A DNA stretch of 64,000 nucleotides from Candidatus Latescibacterota bacterium (lineage in GTDB: Bacteria; Latescibacterota; UBA2968; GCA-2709665), in the NCBI GenBank assembly GCA_965203805.1, contig OZ241917.1:3456001-3520000 (forward strand). The letters are read 5' to 3'. A program made the translations under genes and the position numbers. The notes beneath the pieces were generated by a model. It made no database searches. It was not told the origin of the DNA and saw only the letters and a program-made list of their open reading frames with translations. Shown here piece by piece: positions 1 through 9,279 of this stretch (the stretch's first letter is position 1; each line of letters opens with the position of its first letter).

Positions 1-249
1 CACCATGTCGCGCGCCCAATCCAGCCGCTCCGCGTTGCGCCGTGCCCGGTTGAGGTCCTCCCGGTTGTAGATCCCTACCAGCCCCTCCCGCTTGCCGGCG
101 CCGATCACGTCCTTATAGAATCCCGCCGCGCGCGTGTATCGATCCGGTTCGCGGTCCGGCAGCGGGTCCCGCAGATGCAGATCCTCGTAGAGCGCCCGCA
201 ACGCCGCTTCATCCTCGACGATCTCGCCCTTCACAGGCATCTTGATCAT
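1..249 (-). CDS. 5' part of a CDS running off the window edge; possibly a heparinase II/III or alginate-lyase-like protein
   Basis: GGAGG RBS, then ATG at 249 and an open frame to position 1: MIKMPVKGEIVEDEAALRALYEDLHLRDPL...REDLNRARRNAERLDWARDMV. The product guess rests only on the 'EDL.RAR.N.ER.DWAR' similarity. Confidence 0.55.
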   Translation of the reverse strand, partial: MIKMPVKGEIVEDEAALRALYEDLHLRDPLPDREPDRYTRAAGFYKDVIGAGKREGLVGIYNREDLNRARRNAERLDWARDMV

Positions 250-479
250 TTTCGCGCCTCCATTACATTAGCGGGGAAACCGACAATCCCGTCAGGATAG
301 ATTCCTTTGGGTATGCATATCAGGCAGAATGAAAAAACGCTTTAAGATCGAAGAACTTCCAGTTATTTTTCGTACTCCGAGCGGCGCAGTCGAGAGGCAG
401 CCGTCAGCTTGAAGCAAAATCGAAAACCAACAAGACGTAAATCAAATTCAACTTCCACATCTCCCCAAATTCCATAAAG

Positions 480-697
480 GCGGGGAGACGGGAGAGGTGA
501 GACGTGAGATGATCACTCGCGGCCACGGGACGACGATATGGCCGGGCGAGACCTCCTCCCTGATGCGCAGACCTCTCCCCCCTGCCTGCCGAAAAACCAC
601 CGCCAGGCAGGGACCCTCTCCTATAAGGAAAGGGTAACGAACGCCTCGCGATAGGATCCCGCTTTCCCCCTTCCTCACAGGAAGGGGGTAGGTCTCG
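480..697 (-). repeat. Composite palindromic repeat family R1 (~200 bp), reverse copy
   Basis: Near-identical to the reverse complement of 9436-9650 and 14677-14870 (GATCACTCGCGGCCACGGGACGACGATATGGCCGGGCGAGACCTCCTCCCTGATGCGCAGACC). Contains the CCTGCC mini-element at 581-611. Confidence 0.85.
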
Positions 698-705
698 AAA
701 GGAGT

Positions 706-832
706 AGACGTGAGATGAATGCCCTATGGTCTTTCTCGTCGTTACCATATCGGTAAAAAAACAGGCACGGTTAGCGTGAAAACACTGTGGTAACGTTTTC
801 ATCTACCGTCTACCGTCTTACGTCTCACCGGT
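706..832 (-). repeat. Repeat family R4 (~140 bp), reverse copy
   Basis: The reverse complement shares AACCGTGCCTG...TTACCG.TAT.GTAACGAC..GAAAGACCATAG with 9280-9420 and 43523-43670, and has GTGAGAC/GGTAGAC heptamer flanks. Confidence 0.8.
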
Positions 833-1139
833 TTTAAAATAGTCGCCACTGGGCGTGGGGCCTGCTATATGCATAGCGCGAATACCCTCACAGGATGCAC
901 GGGATACTCTGGCCTGTCACCCTGCGTAGCACGTCGAGCCGTGTAGCTGGACGGATCAGCGCGCTCTGCTCTGGTAGTCCTCCGGTCAGGAAATACGTTT
1001 GTAGACCGATTGGCGTCTGAATGATGAGGACAGCCCTTAGCTATTTGCCGACAGCTGTCAGCTCGAATCAAAGACGAACCGCCCCCGGCCCCCTCTCCTG
1101 TGAGGAGAGGGGGAGAAAAGTCAGGAGACCCTGTAGTCG

Positions 1140-2216
1140 ATGCATAAACCTTTGAAACTCGCGGTTGTGGGTGTGGGCCGAATCGGCGTGTTCCACGCCA
1201 GGCACGTCCAGGAACTGGGCGAAGCCGGCGGGACCTGCGAACTGGCCGCCGTGGCGGACCGCTACGGAAGCACCGCGGAGACGGTTGCCCGGGAACTCCA
1301 GCGAAACCAGACGGCCGAAATCCGCGCCTTCAAAAGCACCTCCGACCTGACGGACGCAGGTCTGATCGACGCGGCCGTGGTGGCCTCCAGGACCGAGGAC
1401 CACGAAGCGGACGCGCGGACGCTGATTGACGCCGGCCATCGCGTAATGCTGGAGAAACCGCTCGCCCACTCGCTCGATTCCGCCGCCGACTTCGTCAGAT
1501 ATCTGTCGCACGATAATACGAAAAAGCAAGCGCTCATGCAGGCCTTTATGAGGCGCTTCGACGAACCTCTGTGCCATGCGAAAGCCCTGCTGGACGGGAA
1601 TGCGGTCGGCGCGCCGTTCAAGGTCGTTTCCGTCCTCGAAGACCCGCATCCGCCGCCGGTCGGATACAACAGCCCCGGCATCCTGCCGGATATGTCCGTA
1701 CACAACATCGACGAAGCGATCTGGCTTCTGGGATCGCGCCCGGTACGGGCAAGCGCCATGGGCGCCAACCTGCATAACTACAGAATCACGACCGTGAAGG
1801 AAGACTTCGACGACGCGTTCCTGCAGTTGGCGTTTCCCGACGAGGTAATCGCGCAGGTCCAGGTAAGCAGAAACCACGTGGCGGGGTATCGCAACGAAAC
1901 GTGGATCTACGGCCGGAGCGGCCTGATCCACGTGGGCCATTTCCAGGAAGATCCGCTGCAGGTATCGGTGGAAGCGTACAGCCGGGAGGGCGCCGTCGAA
2001 AAGAGGGGCTTCCGGATGAGAGATTACGGCGGGGAAGTCCCCGTGTTCATCGAACGCTTCGGCCCGGCCTACAAGCGGGAACTCGCGCATTTTGTCGACC
2101 GGTGCCTGAAGGACGAACCCTTCCGCGTGACGCAGGAGGCCGGCCTCCAGGCGATGCGTGTGGCCGAAGCGGGAGTCCGGTCGCTGCGGGCAGGCGCGAC
2201 GGCGGTAACGATTTAA
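1140..2216 (+). CDS. Gfo/Idh/MocA family oxidoreductase (inositol dehydrogenase-like)
   Basis: Rossmann motif VVGVGRIG, EKP motif, AFMRRFD, DMSVHNID. Confidence 0.9.
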   Translation: MHKPLKLAVVGVGRIGVFHARHVQELGEAGGTCELAAVADRYGSTAETVARELQRNQTAEIRAFKSTSDLTDAGLIDAAVVASRTEDHEADARTLIDAGHRVMLEKPLAHSLDSAADFVRYLSHDNTKKQALMQAFMRRFDEPLCHAKALLDGNAVGAPFKVVSVLEDPHPPPVGYNSPGILPDMSVHNIDEAIWLLGSRPVRASAMGANLHNYRITTVKEDFDDAFLQLAFPDEVIAQVQVSRNHVAGYRNETWIYGRSGLIHVGHFQEDPLQVSVEAYSREGAVEKRGFRMRDYGGEVPVFIERFGPAYKRELAHFVDRCLKDEPFRVTQEAGLQAMRVAEAGVRSLRAGATAVTI

Positions 2217-2240
2217 ACGAAACGCTAATCCGGCGATCCC

Positions 2241-3299
2241 TCACGACAGGGGGAAGTCGACCCGGCAATTCCCGCCGTGGTGCGACTTCAGGATCCCCAT
2301 CATGATCTCCACCGTCTTGCGCGCCTCCCGCGCGGGAGAGACCAGATCGCCGCCTCCCTCCAGAACCCGGATCAGTTCCGCCACCGCCGCGGTCTGGTTT
2401 TCCATCGCGTATTTCCCGGACAAAATGGGCGACGCGGACGACTCGAAATGCGATCTGCCCCGGATCAGGGTTGCGCCCTGGTCTGAAATCTCGATGCGCC
2501 CGTCCTCGCACGTCAGCGCGAATTTCGAACCGGGGAAATCCACCTTGTACGCGTTGTAGAAGGCCCTCACGCCGTTGTCGAACCGGATGTACGCCGACGC
2601 GTACGGATCGACCGCGGGATCTTTCCCGCCGTCCCCCCTGTATTCGGTGAAATGCTCGAAGCCCTCTTCAAGTTCAGCCGCCAGCCACAGTGGATCGGCC
2701 TCGGCAAAGAAGCAGATCATGTCAAGCAGGTGGGTGCCGTTCCGGAACATCATCGCCCGACGGCTGAACTGCTCGCACACAACCGTCCGCAACGGGCCGA
2801 TCTCTCCGCTGCGAATGATGTCACGCGCCTTGAGATAGCTGGAATTCCAGCGCCGGGTGTGTTCGATCGAAAGCAGTACGCCGTTGGCTTCGGCGGCGGC
2901 GATCATCCGGTCCGCGTCTTCCAGCGAGGTGGCGATCGGCTTCTCGCAGAGAATGGCGCGCGCCCCGCTCTCGGCGGCCGCCACGGTCATATCGGCGTGT
3001 ACATGGTCCGACGTGGCCACGCTCACCAGGTCCGGTTTCTCCGCCGCCAGCATTTCCCGGTAGTCCGTGTAGAGCCGCACGCCGGGCCACACGTCTCCCC
3101 ATTGCGCCTTGAAATCGGCCAGCGCTTCCTCCCGCAGGTCGCACACACCCGCCACTTCCGTTTGCGGATGCCGGTCGTAGGCCCCGGCGTGGGAGCCGGG
3201 CATGGCGCCGTACACCGGAATCTGCCCGTCTTCTTCGGGCCGCCTGGCGCCAATGCCGGTCAGTCCGATAATTACCGCACGGTACTCGGGTTTTGACAT
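2241..3299 (-). CDS. Gfo/Idh/MocA family oxidoreductase
   Basis: IIGLTGIG, PDLVSVAT, LCEKPIA, GTHLLD motifs. Confidence 0.9.
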   Translation of the reverse strand: MSKPEYRAVIIGLTGIGARRPEEDGQIPVYGAMPGSHAGAYDRHPQTEVAGVCDLREEALADFKAQWGDVWPGVRLYTDYREMLAAEKPDLVSVATSDHVHADMTVAAAESGARAILCEKPIATSLEDADRMIAAAEANGVLLSIEHTRRWNSSYLKARDIIRSGEIGPLRTVVCEQFSRRAMMFRNGTHLLDMICFFAEADPLWLAAELEEGFEHFTEYRGDGGKDPAVDPYASAYIRFDNGVRAFYNAYKVDFPGSKFALTCEDGRIEISDQGATLIRGRSHFESSASPILSGKYAMENQTAAVAELIRVLEGGGDLVSPAREARKTVEIMMGILKSHHGGNCRVDFPLS

Positions 3300-3395
3300 G
3301 GTCGTTCCCTCCCCGGCGCGGCTTCGCGATGCCGGCGACGTTTCCGCGCCAATGTGTTTACCGCGTTGCTGTGTTCAGGACGATCGCCAAATCTG

Positions 3396-3725
3396 TCATC
3401 CTGAGGAACCTGAGGAAGCCGTTTTGAGGGTGGGGCAGACATTCCTGTCTGCCTGCCTCGCGTTGTACGTGCTGCCTGAATACGGGCATTTCGACAAGCT
3501 CAATGACCACGTTTTGGTAGTTTCAATATACGTCATTGAGCCGTGAACGGGATCCCGTTCAATACCCTGATCCGATCCCTGAGCATGCGGTGCCCTGAGC
3601 TTGTCGAAGGGTCGAAGGGCCGGCGAAGGGATTGCGAATGGTTTACGGGCTGCCTGAATGCGGGCATTTCGACAAGCTCAATGACCACGCGTTCGTAGGC
3701 AATCTTGGATTTCGCTCAGAATGAC
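3396..3725. repeat. Nested REP-like mosaic bounded by GTCATCCTGAG...CTCAGAATGAC
   Basis: Contains GGGCAGACATTCCTGTCTGCC, two copies of GGGCATTTCGACAAGCTCAATGACCACG, and CCCTGAGCTTGTCGAAGGG. The same modules occur in 12192-13330. Confidence 0.85.
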
Positions 3726-3752
3726 ATGTGTGCCGATCGTCTTCTTCAACAC

Positions 3753-4904
3753 CTACTCCAGTTTCTCAAGCGCTTTTCGCGCGCCCTCGTGTTTTTCGTT
3801 CAATTTCAGAACCTGCCTGTAGGCATCGCGGGCAAGTTTCCGTTCTCCCCGGCGCGCGTATATACGGCCGAGCCTGTAGAGTCCGTTTATGCGTGCAAAC
3901 TTCCATCGCGCCGGCAGTTGGCGAAGATAGGTCGTCAACGATTCCAGTCCCAGGTCAAGTTCCGTCCCGGTCAGGGCGGCAAACCTGCCGATCGCATAGA
4001 GCGCCTGTAGCCGATCTCCCTCGGCCGTGAGCGCACTCTCGAAGGTTTCTGCGCTCGGGTCTGAATCGGACGCCAGCGCTGCAAGAGAATCCATCGCCGC
4101 CTCCAGGCTGCGGCGTGCGGCCTCGAATGCTTTTTCGTTTTCCTTCTCCAGACGGTACAGGTTGCTCAATCGCCGCAGGATCGAACTATTGTCGGGAGAG
4201 GTCTGCAGAAAGGCCTCGTAGACCCGAATCGCGTCCAGGCGCCGTTCATCGCGCAGGTAGAGCGACGCCAGGGAAATGACGGGGCGCACGTCGCCATTCG
4301 CCAATGCGACCGCCGCAAGATAGGCTTTCTCCCGTTTGTCCCGGGCCTTTTCTTTGGCGTGGATGAGCCCCCACGCCAGATGACCTTCCATCGGATTCCG
4401 GGATTCTATTTCCCTGGCCTGCTCAATTGCTTTTTCCTTTTTACCGCCCAGAATCCCCGGCGCGAAAAGGTGGTACTCCAGCAGCTTCCTCCGGCCGTCG
4501 AGGTGATCGGGGTCGAGCAGAACGGCCTTCTCGAACGCCTTGCGCGCGCGGCGGGCCTTGCCGGGCTTCCCGAAGATGTTGGCGCGCTGCGCCCTGGCGC
4601 CGTACATCATTCCCAGCCAGCACTGATAGTCGGCCGTTTCAGGGTCCGCCTTAACGGCTTTCTCGAACCAGTCGAACGCCGCCTCGATGTCCCTCTCCCA
4701 GGTATTGATGCGACCCAGCAGATAGAAGATTTCCGGCCGGCCGGTCCCCTGACGCGCGAGGTGCGTTTTCAGACTGTCTTCGGCATCGGCGTATCGGCCG
4801 TCAATGAACGCCGACAGGCCCGGTCGTATCTCCGCTGACGCTACCTCGAAGGTCGGCGACAGGAACACCAGAATAATTATAAAGATTACCGCCCGCCTTG
4901 CCAA
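3753..4904 (-). CDS. Secreted tetratricopeptide-repeat protein
   Basis: AAAGGAGG RBS before TTG at 4904, signal peptide MARRAVIFIIILVFLSPTFEVASA, several TPR units (YLLGRI, FEKAVKADP, YRLGRIY...YRQVLKLN). The ORF-track start at 4988 reads through an 8-bp tandem repeat. Confidence 0.85.
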   Translation of the reverse strand: MARRAVIFIIILVFLSPTFEVASAEIRPGLSAFIDGRYADAEDSLKTHLARQGTGRPEIFYLLGRINTWERDIEAAFDWFEKAVKADPETADYQCWLGMMYGARAQRANIFGKPGKARRARKAFEKAVLLDPDHLDGRRKLLEYHLFAPGILGGKKEKAIEQAREIESRNPMEGHLAWGLIHAKEKARDKREKAYLAAVALANGDVRPVISLASLYLRDERRLDAIRVYEAFLQTSPDNSSILRRLSNLYRLEKENEKAFEAARRSLEAAMDSLAALASDSDPSAETFESALTAEGDRLQALYAIGRFAALTGTELDLGLESLTTYLRQLPARWKFARINGLYRLGRIYARRGERKLARDAYRQVLKLNEKHEGARKALEKLE

Positions 4905-4922
4905 TTCATCCTCCTTTATTTC

Positions 4923-4977
4923 TTTCTCGTTCCCTCGTTCCCTCGTTCCCTCGTCTTCTCGTTCCCTCGTCTTCTCG
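4923..4977. repeat. Short degenerate 8-bp tandem repeat (CTCGTTCC/CTCGTCTT)n
   Basis: About 6 units of ctcgttcc or ctcgtctt lie between the ABC gene stop and the RBS of the TPR gene. Confidence 0.7.
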
Positions 4978-4978
4978 C

Positions 4979-6670
4979 CTATTGCCACAGTCCGTGAAAG
5001 TCCGCGTACAGCGCGTGCCGGCGCAGCAGTTCGTCATGGCTGCCGACGTCGACGCCCGAACCGTCCATGACCAGAACCGTACGCGCGCGGCGGGTGGCCG
5101 CCATGCGGTGCGCGACAACGACCAATGTGCAACCCAGCGCCATAAAGGCCCGCTCCGCGCGTTCCTCGGCCGCGGGGTCCAGGTGACAGGTGGCCTCGTC
5201 CAGCACGACAACGGGCGATGCCGCCAGGTGCGCCCGCGCCAGCGTCACAAGTTGCCGCTCCCCCTCGGACAGACCGGACTTCGTCAGGTTGACTTCGGCG
5301 TCCAGGCCGCCCAGCCGGTCCAGTACACGATCCAGCCCCACGGCCGCGGCGGACGCGGCGACTTCCTCGTCGGTCGCGGAGGGCCGCAGGTAAATCAGAT
5401 TTTCTCGTAACGAACCCGCGAAGACATACGACTCCTGCGGTACCATCGAGACGAGCCGCGGGCGGTCCGGACGCAGAAAACAGGGCTGTCCGTCGACCGT
5501 GATCTTGCCGCTGTCGGGGCGAAGCACCCCGGCCAGGAGGGCGGCCAGCGTGGACTTGCCAATGCCGCTGGGTCCCACAATCGCCAGGTGATCGCCGTGT
5601 GCGACGTCCAGAGAAAATCCCCGGACGATGGGCTCGCCCGCGCCGTACGCAAAGGTCAGGTCGCGTACGGCCACAGTCGGTTCTTCGGACGGCGCGGGCG
5701 CGCACGCTTCGCCATCCATCGTCTCCGTCGTCTCTTTCCCGCCGGTTTCCCGCAGGCGGGCGTGGTAAACGCGCAACGTCACCAACCTGGCCAGCCCGTA
5801 CGTGACGAAAGCCGTCGCGGCGGGCAGACCGGCAAGAAGGTAGGTGAATGAACCGACGACCTCTCCCGCGGTCAGTAGCTCGCTGCGGACCAGGTACGGG
5901 ACGAAGCCGAGAGCCGTCAGGGCCGGTAGCGCGGTGGCGACCGCGTTCACCAATCCGAATCCGACCGACTGATGGTCGCGATCCCTGAGCGACGCCCTGA
6001 TGGTATGCTCAATCCGTTTTTCGACACGGTCCATGGCGAAACCCTTCGCGCCCGCCGCCACCAGATCGCGCACCGACTGAAGCGCCCGGGTCGTTTCGCC
6101 ATGCGTATCCTCCTCGGCGAGCATGGCCGCCGTCTCGTTGCGAACTTTGAGGCGCACGACCACGACCTGCATCACGGCGCCGATAACCAGCCAGGGGAGA
6201 ACGAGGGCCAGAAGCGTCCACGACAACGTCGCGAGTCCGATTGCCGAACCGATGGCGAAAAGACCGCTCGGGCCCAGGCGTAAGAAGTGCGCCAGAACGT
6301 CGACGAGTGCCGGCACGTGCTGGGTGAGTTCCGCTCCGGAACGCAGAACCCGGTCTGAATGCACCGCATCTCCAAGTGTATGCCGAACGACGTCGCGGGT
6401 CAGATCGAACTGCACCCGCGACGTCAGTATCGCCGTCCAGTGATAGAGACGCAGCAGCGACCAGACACCCACCGCACCCACGCCCAGAAGCCCGCCGATC
6501 CACGCCAGGGATGCTGTCAGGTCGCCCGCGCGCGCCGCATCCACGGCGCTGGCGATCAAACGACCGGAGAGCGCCGGCGCGAGTGTCACCCCCACGCTGC
6601 ACACGGCGATACGAAACAGGCAACCGCGATGCCTCGACACGTAGCCGTATAGCGGCAGGATGTGCGTCAT
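4979..6670 (-). CDS. ABC exporter permease/ATPase, RamB/AmfA-like
   Basis: Start MTHILPLY overlaps the upstream stop (ATGA). Has TM helices, Walker A GPSGIGKST, PQESYVFAGSLRENL, LSEGERQL and LDEATCHLDPAAEERAERAF, which I recognise as typical of RamB. Confidence 0.85.
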   Translation of the reverse strand: MTHILPLYGYVSRHRGCLFRIAVCSVGVTLAPALSGRLIASAVDAARAGDLTASLAWIGGLLGVGAVGVWSLLRLYHWTAILTSRVQFDLTRDVVRHTLGDAVHSDRVLRSGAELTQHVPALVDVLAHFLRLGPSGLFAIGSAIGLATLSWTLLALVLPWLVIGAVMQVVVVRLKVRNETAAMLAEEDTHGETTRALQSVRDLVAAGAKGFAMDRVEKRIEHTIRASLRDRDHQSVGFGLVNAVATALPALTALGFVPYLVRSELLTAGEVVGSFTYLLAGLPAATAFVTYGLARLVTLRVYHARLRETGGKETTETMDGEACAPAPSEEPTVAVRDLTFAYGAGEPIVRGFSLDVAHGDHLAIVGPSGIGKSTLAALLAGVLRPDSGKITVDGQPCFLRPDRPRLVSMVPQESYVFAGSLRENLIYLRPSATDEEVAASAAAVGLDRVLDRLGGLDAEVNLTKSGLSEGERQLVTLARAHLAASPVVVLDEATCHLDPAAEERAERAFMALGCTLVVVAHRMAATRRARTVLVMDGSGVDVGSHDELLRRHALYADFHGLWQ

Positions 6671-8439
6671 GGGGCCGCCTCCTGCGCCGGGTCGCCCTGA
6701 AACGCGGCGCGGTAGGCAGGGTCTCGCCACAGTTCGATATGCGGCGCCACCCGCCGGACCTCGCCTCTGTAGAGCCAGGCGACGAGATCGGCCGCGGCGG
6801 CCGTACTCGTACGGTGGGCAATGACGACGGTCGTGCGTGAGACACCGAGCCTTCGCAGCGCGGCCAGGACGCGCGCCTCGGTAGCCACGTCCAGACTGCT
6901 GAGCGCGTCGTCCAGAATCAGAATGGGCGTATCCCCGAGCGCGGCCCTTGCGAGGCCCAGCCGCTGGTGTTCGCCGCCGGACATGGGCGCATCGCCAAGG
7001 GGTGTGTCGTAGCCCTTCGGCAGACGCTCGATGAACGCATCCGCTTCGACGTACCGCGCAGCGGACCGCACCTCCTCGTGCGTGGCTTCCGCGCCCAGCA
7101 GGATCACGTCGCGAATCGTGTCGCCGAAAAGCGCGGGCCGCTCGAATGCGTAGCCCACCCGGCGCGAGAGCTCGTCGCGCGACATTTCCGCGACCGGCGT
7201 GCCGTCGATGCAAACGATGCCGCTGTCCGGGTCCTGAAGCCGGCCGATCAGCCCGGCAAGCGTGGTCTTGCCGACCCCCGATTCGCCGACCAGCGCAACC
7301 GTCTTTCCGGCGGGTATGCGGAGGTCCACGTGCCGGAGAACTTCCCTTTCCGGCGCACCCAGAGATACGTCTTCGATGCTGATCTCGCCGGGCCCCGCGG
7401 CGCCGGACGCGTCCGACCGGGGTTCCGGAACCGCGGCCGGAGATCGAAGAACGGCCAGCACCCGGGCCGCGTGGGCGCGAAAGATGGCGATCTGGAACCA
7501 GCCGTTGTCCAACACGCCGGCGACGCTTGAATATGTCATCTGCGCGTAACGGATCGCGGCCATCAGCGCGCCCACGGTCAGGCCGCCTGCCGCCAGGAGA
7601 CAAACGCCGGTGACCGCGGTAACCGTCAGAACGACGTGGTTGGCGCTTGTCACCGTCACGGCGCCGCGGCCGAAGCTCTCCAGGATCTCGCGCGTTTTGT
7701 CAGCCAAATCCGGAAGGGGCCGCGTGATCCGTTCGACTTCACGTTCCAGGGTTCCGGCCGCCCGTATCGTGCGCCTTCCCGCGAGGGCGCCGGTGTACGC
7801 GTTCACCATTCGGCTGTTCAGTTCGTCATGCGCGGTCTGTCCGGCGGTTAACGTACCCATCAGTCGACGCATGAACAGGATGACGGCCCCCACCCCGCAA
7901 AGCGCAACCGCGACAAACACCCAGTGTACGTACAGCAGCGCGACGAGGCTGCCCGCCGCCGTGAGGATTCCCGTGCCGATTCTCAACAGGGTCTCCGGGT
8001 AACGCGGCAGGTGCGTCGCCTCGAAGCGAATCCGGTTCTGCAGGTCTCCGTCGTCGAACGGCCGGCGGCCGGGCAAGCCGAGATCCAGCGCATGGTCGAC
8101 CATTTCGCGCGTGAGCCGCCTTTCCGCGGCGGCGCGGAATCTGGCCCTCACGGGATCGGTGACGATTTCGGTAATCACCGAAACGACCATCGCCACGGCC
8201 AGGCTGGAAAACCCCCATCCTATGTGTCCTTCCACTGCCTCGTCGATCGTCACGGCGGCCAGGGCCGGCGCTGCCAGACCCGCGGCGACGGCCAGCATGC
8301 TGATCAGGGCGTCGAGCGCGAGCCAGTGCCACGCCCCGCGGGCATAGGGGCGCAGAAACGCCATCACCTCGATGATACCCGGTACCGCCGGATCGGCCGC
8401 CTGACTGTTCGTGTCCTTCATACGATTCTCTTCTGCCAC
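6667..8439 (-). CDS. ABC exporter permease/ATPase, RamA/AmfB-like
   Basis: TM domain, GESGVGKTT, VGYAFERPALFGDT, SGGEHQRLGLARA and AADLVAWL...H.ELWRDPAYRA.F, which I recognise as typical of RamA. Confidence 0.87.
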   Translation of the reverse strand: MAEENRMKDTNSQAADPAVPGIIEVMAFLRPYARGAWHWLALDALISMLAVAAGLAAPALAAVTIDEAVEGHIGWGFSSLAVAMVVSVITEIVTDPVRARFRAAAERRLTREMVDHALDLGLPGRRPFDDGDLQNRIRFEATHLPRYPETLLRIGTGILTAAGSLVALLYVHWVFVAVALCGVGAVILFMRRLMGTLTAGQTAHDELNSRMVNAYTGALAGRRTIRAAGTLEREVERITRPLPDLADKTREILESFGRGAVTVTSANHVVLTVTAVTGVCLLAAGGLTVGALMAAIRYAQMTYSSVAGVLDNGWFQIAIFRAHAARVLAVLRSPAAVPEPRSDASGAAGPGEISIEDVSLGAPEREVLRHVDLRIPAGKTVALVGESGVGKTTLAGLIGRLQDPDSGIVCIDGTPVAEMSRDELSRRVGYAFERPALFGDTIRDVILLGAEATHEEVRSAARYVEADAFIERLPKGYDTPLGDAPMSGGEHQRLGLARAALGDTPILILDDALSSLDVATEARVLAALRRLGVSRTTVVIAHRTSTAAAADLVAWLYRGEVRRVAPHIELWRDPAYRAAFQGDPAQEAAP

Positions 8440-8494
8440 TACGTCACAACCATTTCAAAAGGCCGTGAGACGGGAGAAAGGTCGTTCCTCTCGC

Positions 8495-8840
8495 GGTTTA
8501 TCCATAGTGTCCCGACAGCGTGCCTTCCGACGGAATTGGGGCGGGGAACAGGAGAATGACGGGTTTTGCTGTGTGTACGCCGATGTATTTCACAATAAAT
8601 CTTTTATTTTCATTTTCTTACGTCCTTTTTCTTGTACGCCCAAGAAAAAGGACCAAAAAGAACGGCGCCTGCCTGCCGAGCAGGCTTCGGCGCAGGCAGG
8701 CCGCTCGGCGCGGGGCCGGTTTTTCCGTGAACCACCTCAGTGGCGGAAACGGGAGTCGGCTGCCCTGTCACCGGACCAGCCCATCCCGAACTAAGTTGCT
8801 GGACGGATTTGCACGGAAAAACCCCACACACCACCACCGT
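8495..8840. repeat. Repeat family R3 (MITE-like, internal TTTTCCGTGAA...TGCACGGAAAA inverted repeat)
   Basis: Homologous to 14378-14585 and 29390-29705. Has the TTTTCTTG...CAAGAAAAAG hairpin and carries a 33-bp insertion at 8668-8700. Confidence 0.75.
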
Positions 8841-8924
8841 TCGCTTGATAGGAACTTACAAAGCACCGTACGGCGATGTTCCTGCGCGCTGGAGCGTCTA
8901 CAGACCCCCCAACACCCCCACCAA

Positions 8925-9190
8925 CCTACCCCCTATCCCCCTTCCCGGGGGAAGGGGGGACCCCGGATCCTATTACGTGATCCGCGTTGCCCTTTCCTTT
9001 AGGAAAGGGTCCTGTCTGCCGGTGATTTTTCGGCAGGCAGGGGGATAGGTCTGCGCATCCGCGCGGTAATGTCGCCAGGCCTCATCGTCGTCCCGTCGAC
9101 GCAGGTTGTCATCTCCCGTCTCACGTCTCCCCTCTCCCCGCCTTTCAGACCTACCCCCTATCCCCCTTCCTGTGAGGAAGGGGGAACGGT
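8925..9190 (+). repeat. Repeat family R1, diverged copy
   Basis: CCCCTATCCCCCTTCC...GGAAGGGG hairpins, CCTTTCCTTTAGGAAAGGG, and the mini-element at 9011-9041. Confidence 0.75.
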
Positions 9191-9279
9191 GATGGGTCGA
9201 TGGACCGGGCATGCAAATGTGCCGGGTGGCGATTTCCTGTCAATCAGAGTATCTATAGATCACCGGCACGCGTAAATTC

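Noticed and set aside
329-412. 27-aa ORF MKKRFKIEELPVIFRTPSGAVERQPSA as a possible RiPP precursor
   Set aside because: No clear RBS, no Cys or SxxS core, and no adjacent modifying enzyme.
404-802. ORFs within repeat regions (404-802, 8411-9690, 12296-13266, 14456-14836, 29364-29896)
   Set aside because: They are translations of palindromic repeats; the same peptides recur wherever the repeat occurs.
850-1075. Unique, lower-GC intergenic stretch as a possible gene remnant or ncRNA
   Set aside because: No frame gave a recognisable protein and I saw no convincing structure.
6671-7603. N-terminal part of the 874-aa ORF 4979-7603
   Set aside because: Out-of-frame overlap with the RamA-like gene; the real start is ATG 6670, coupled to the upstream stop.
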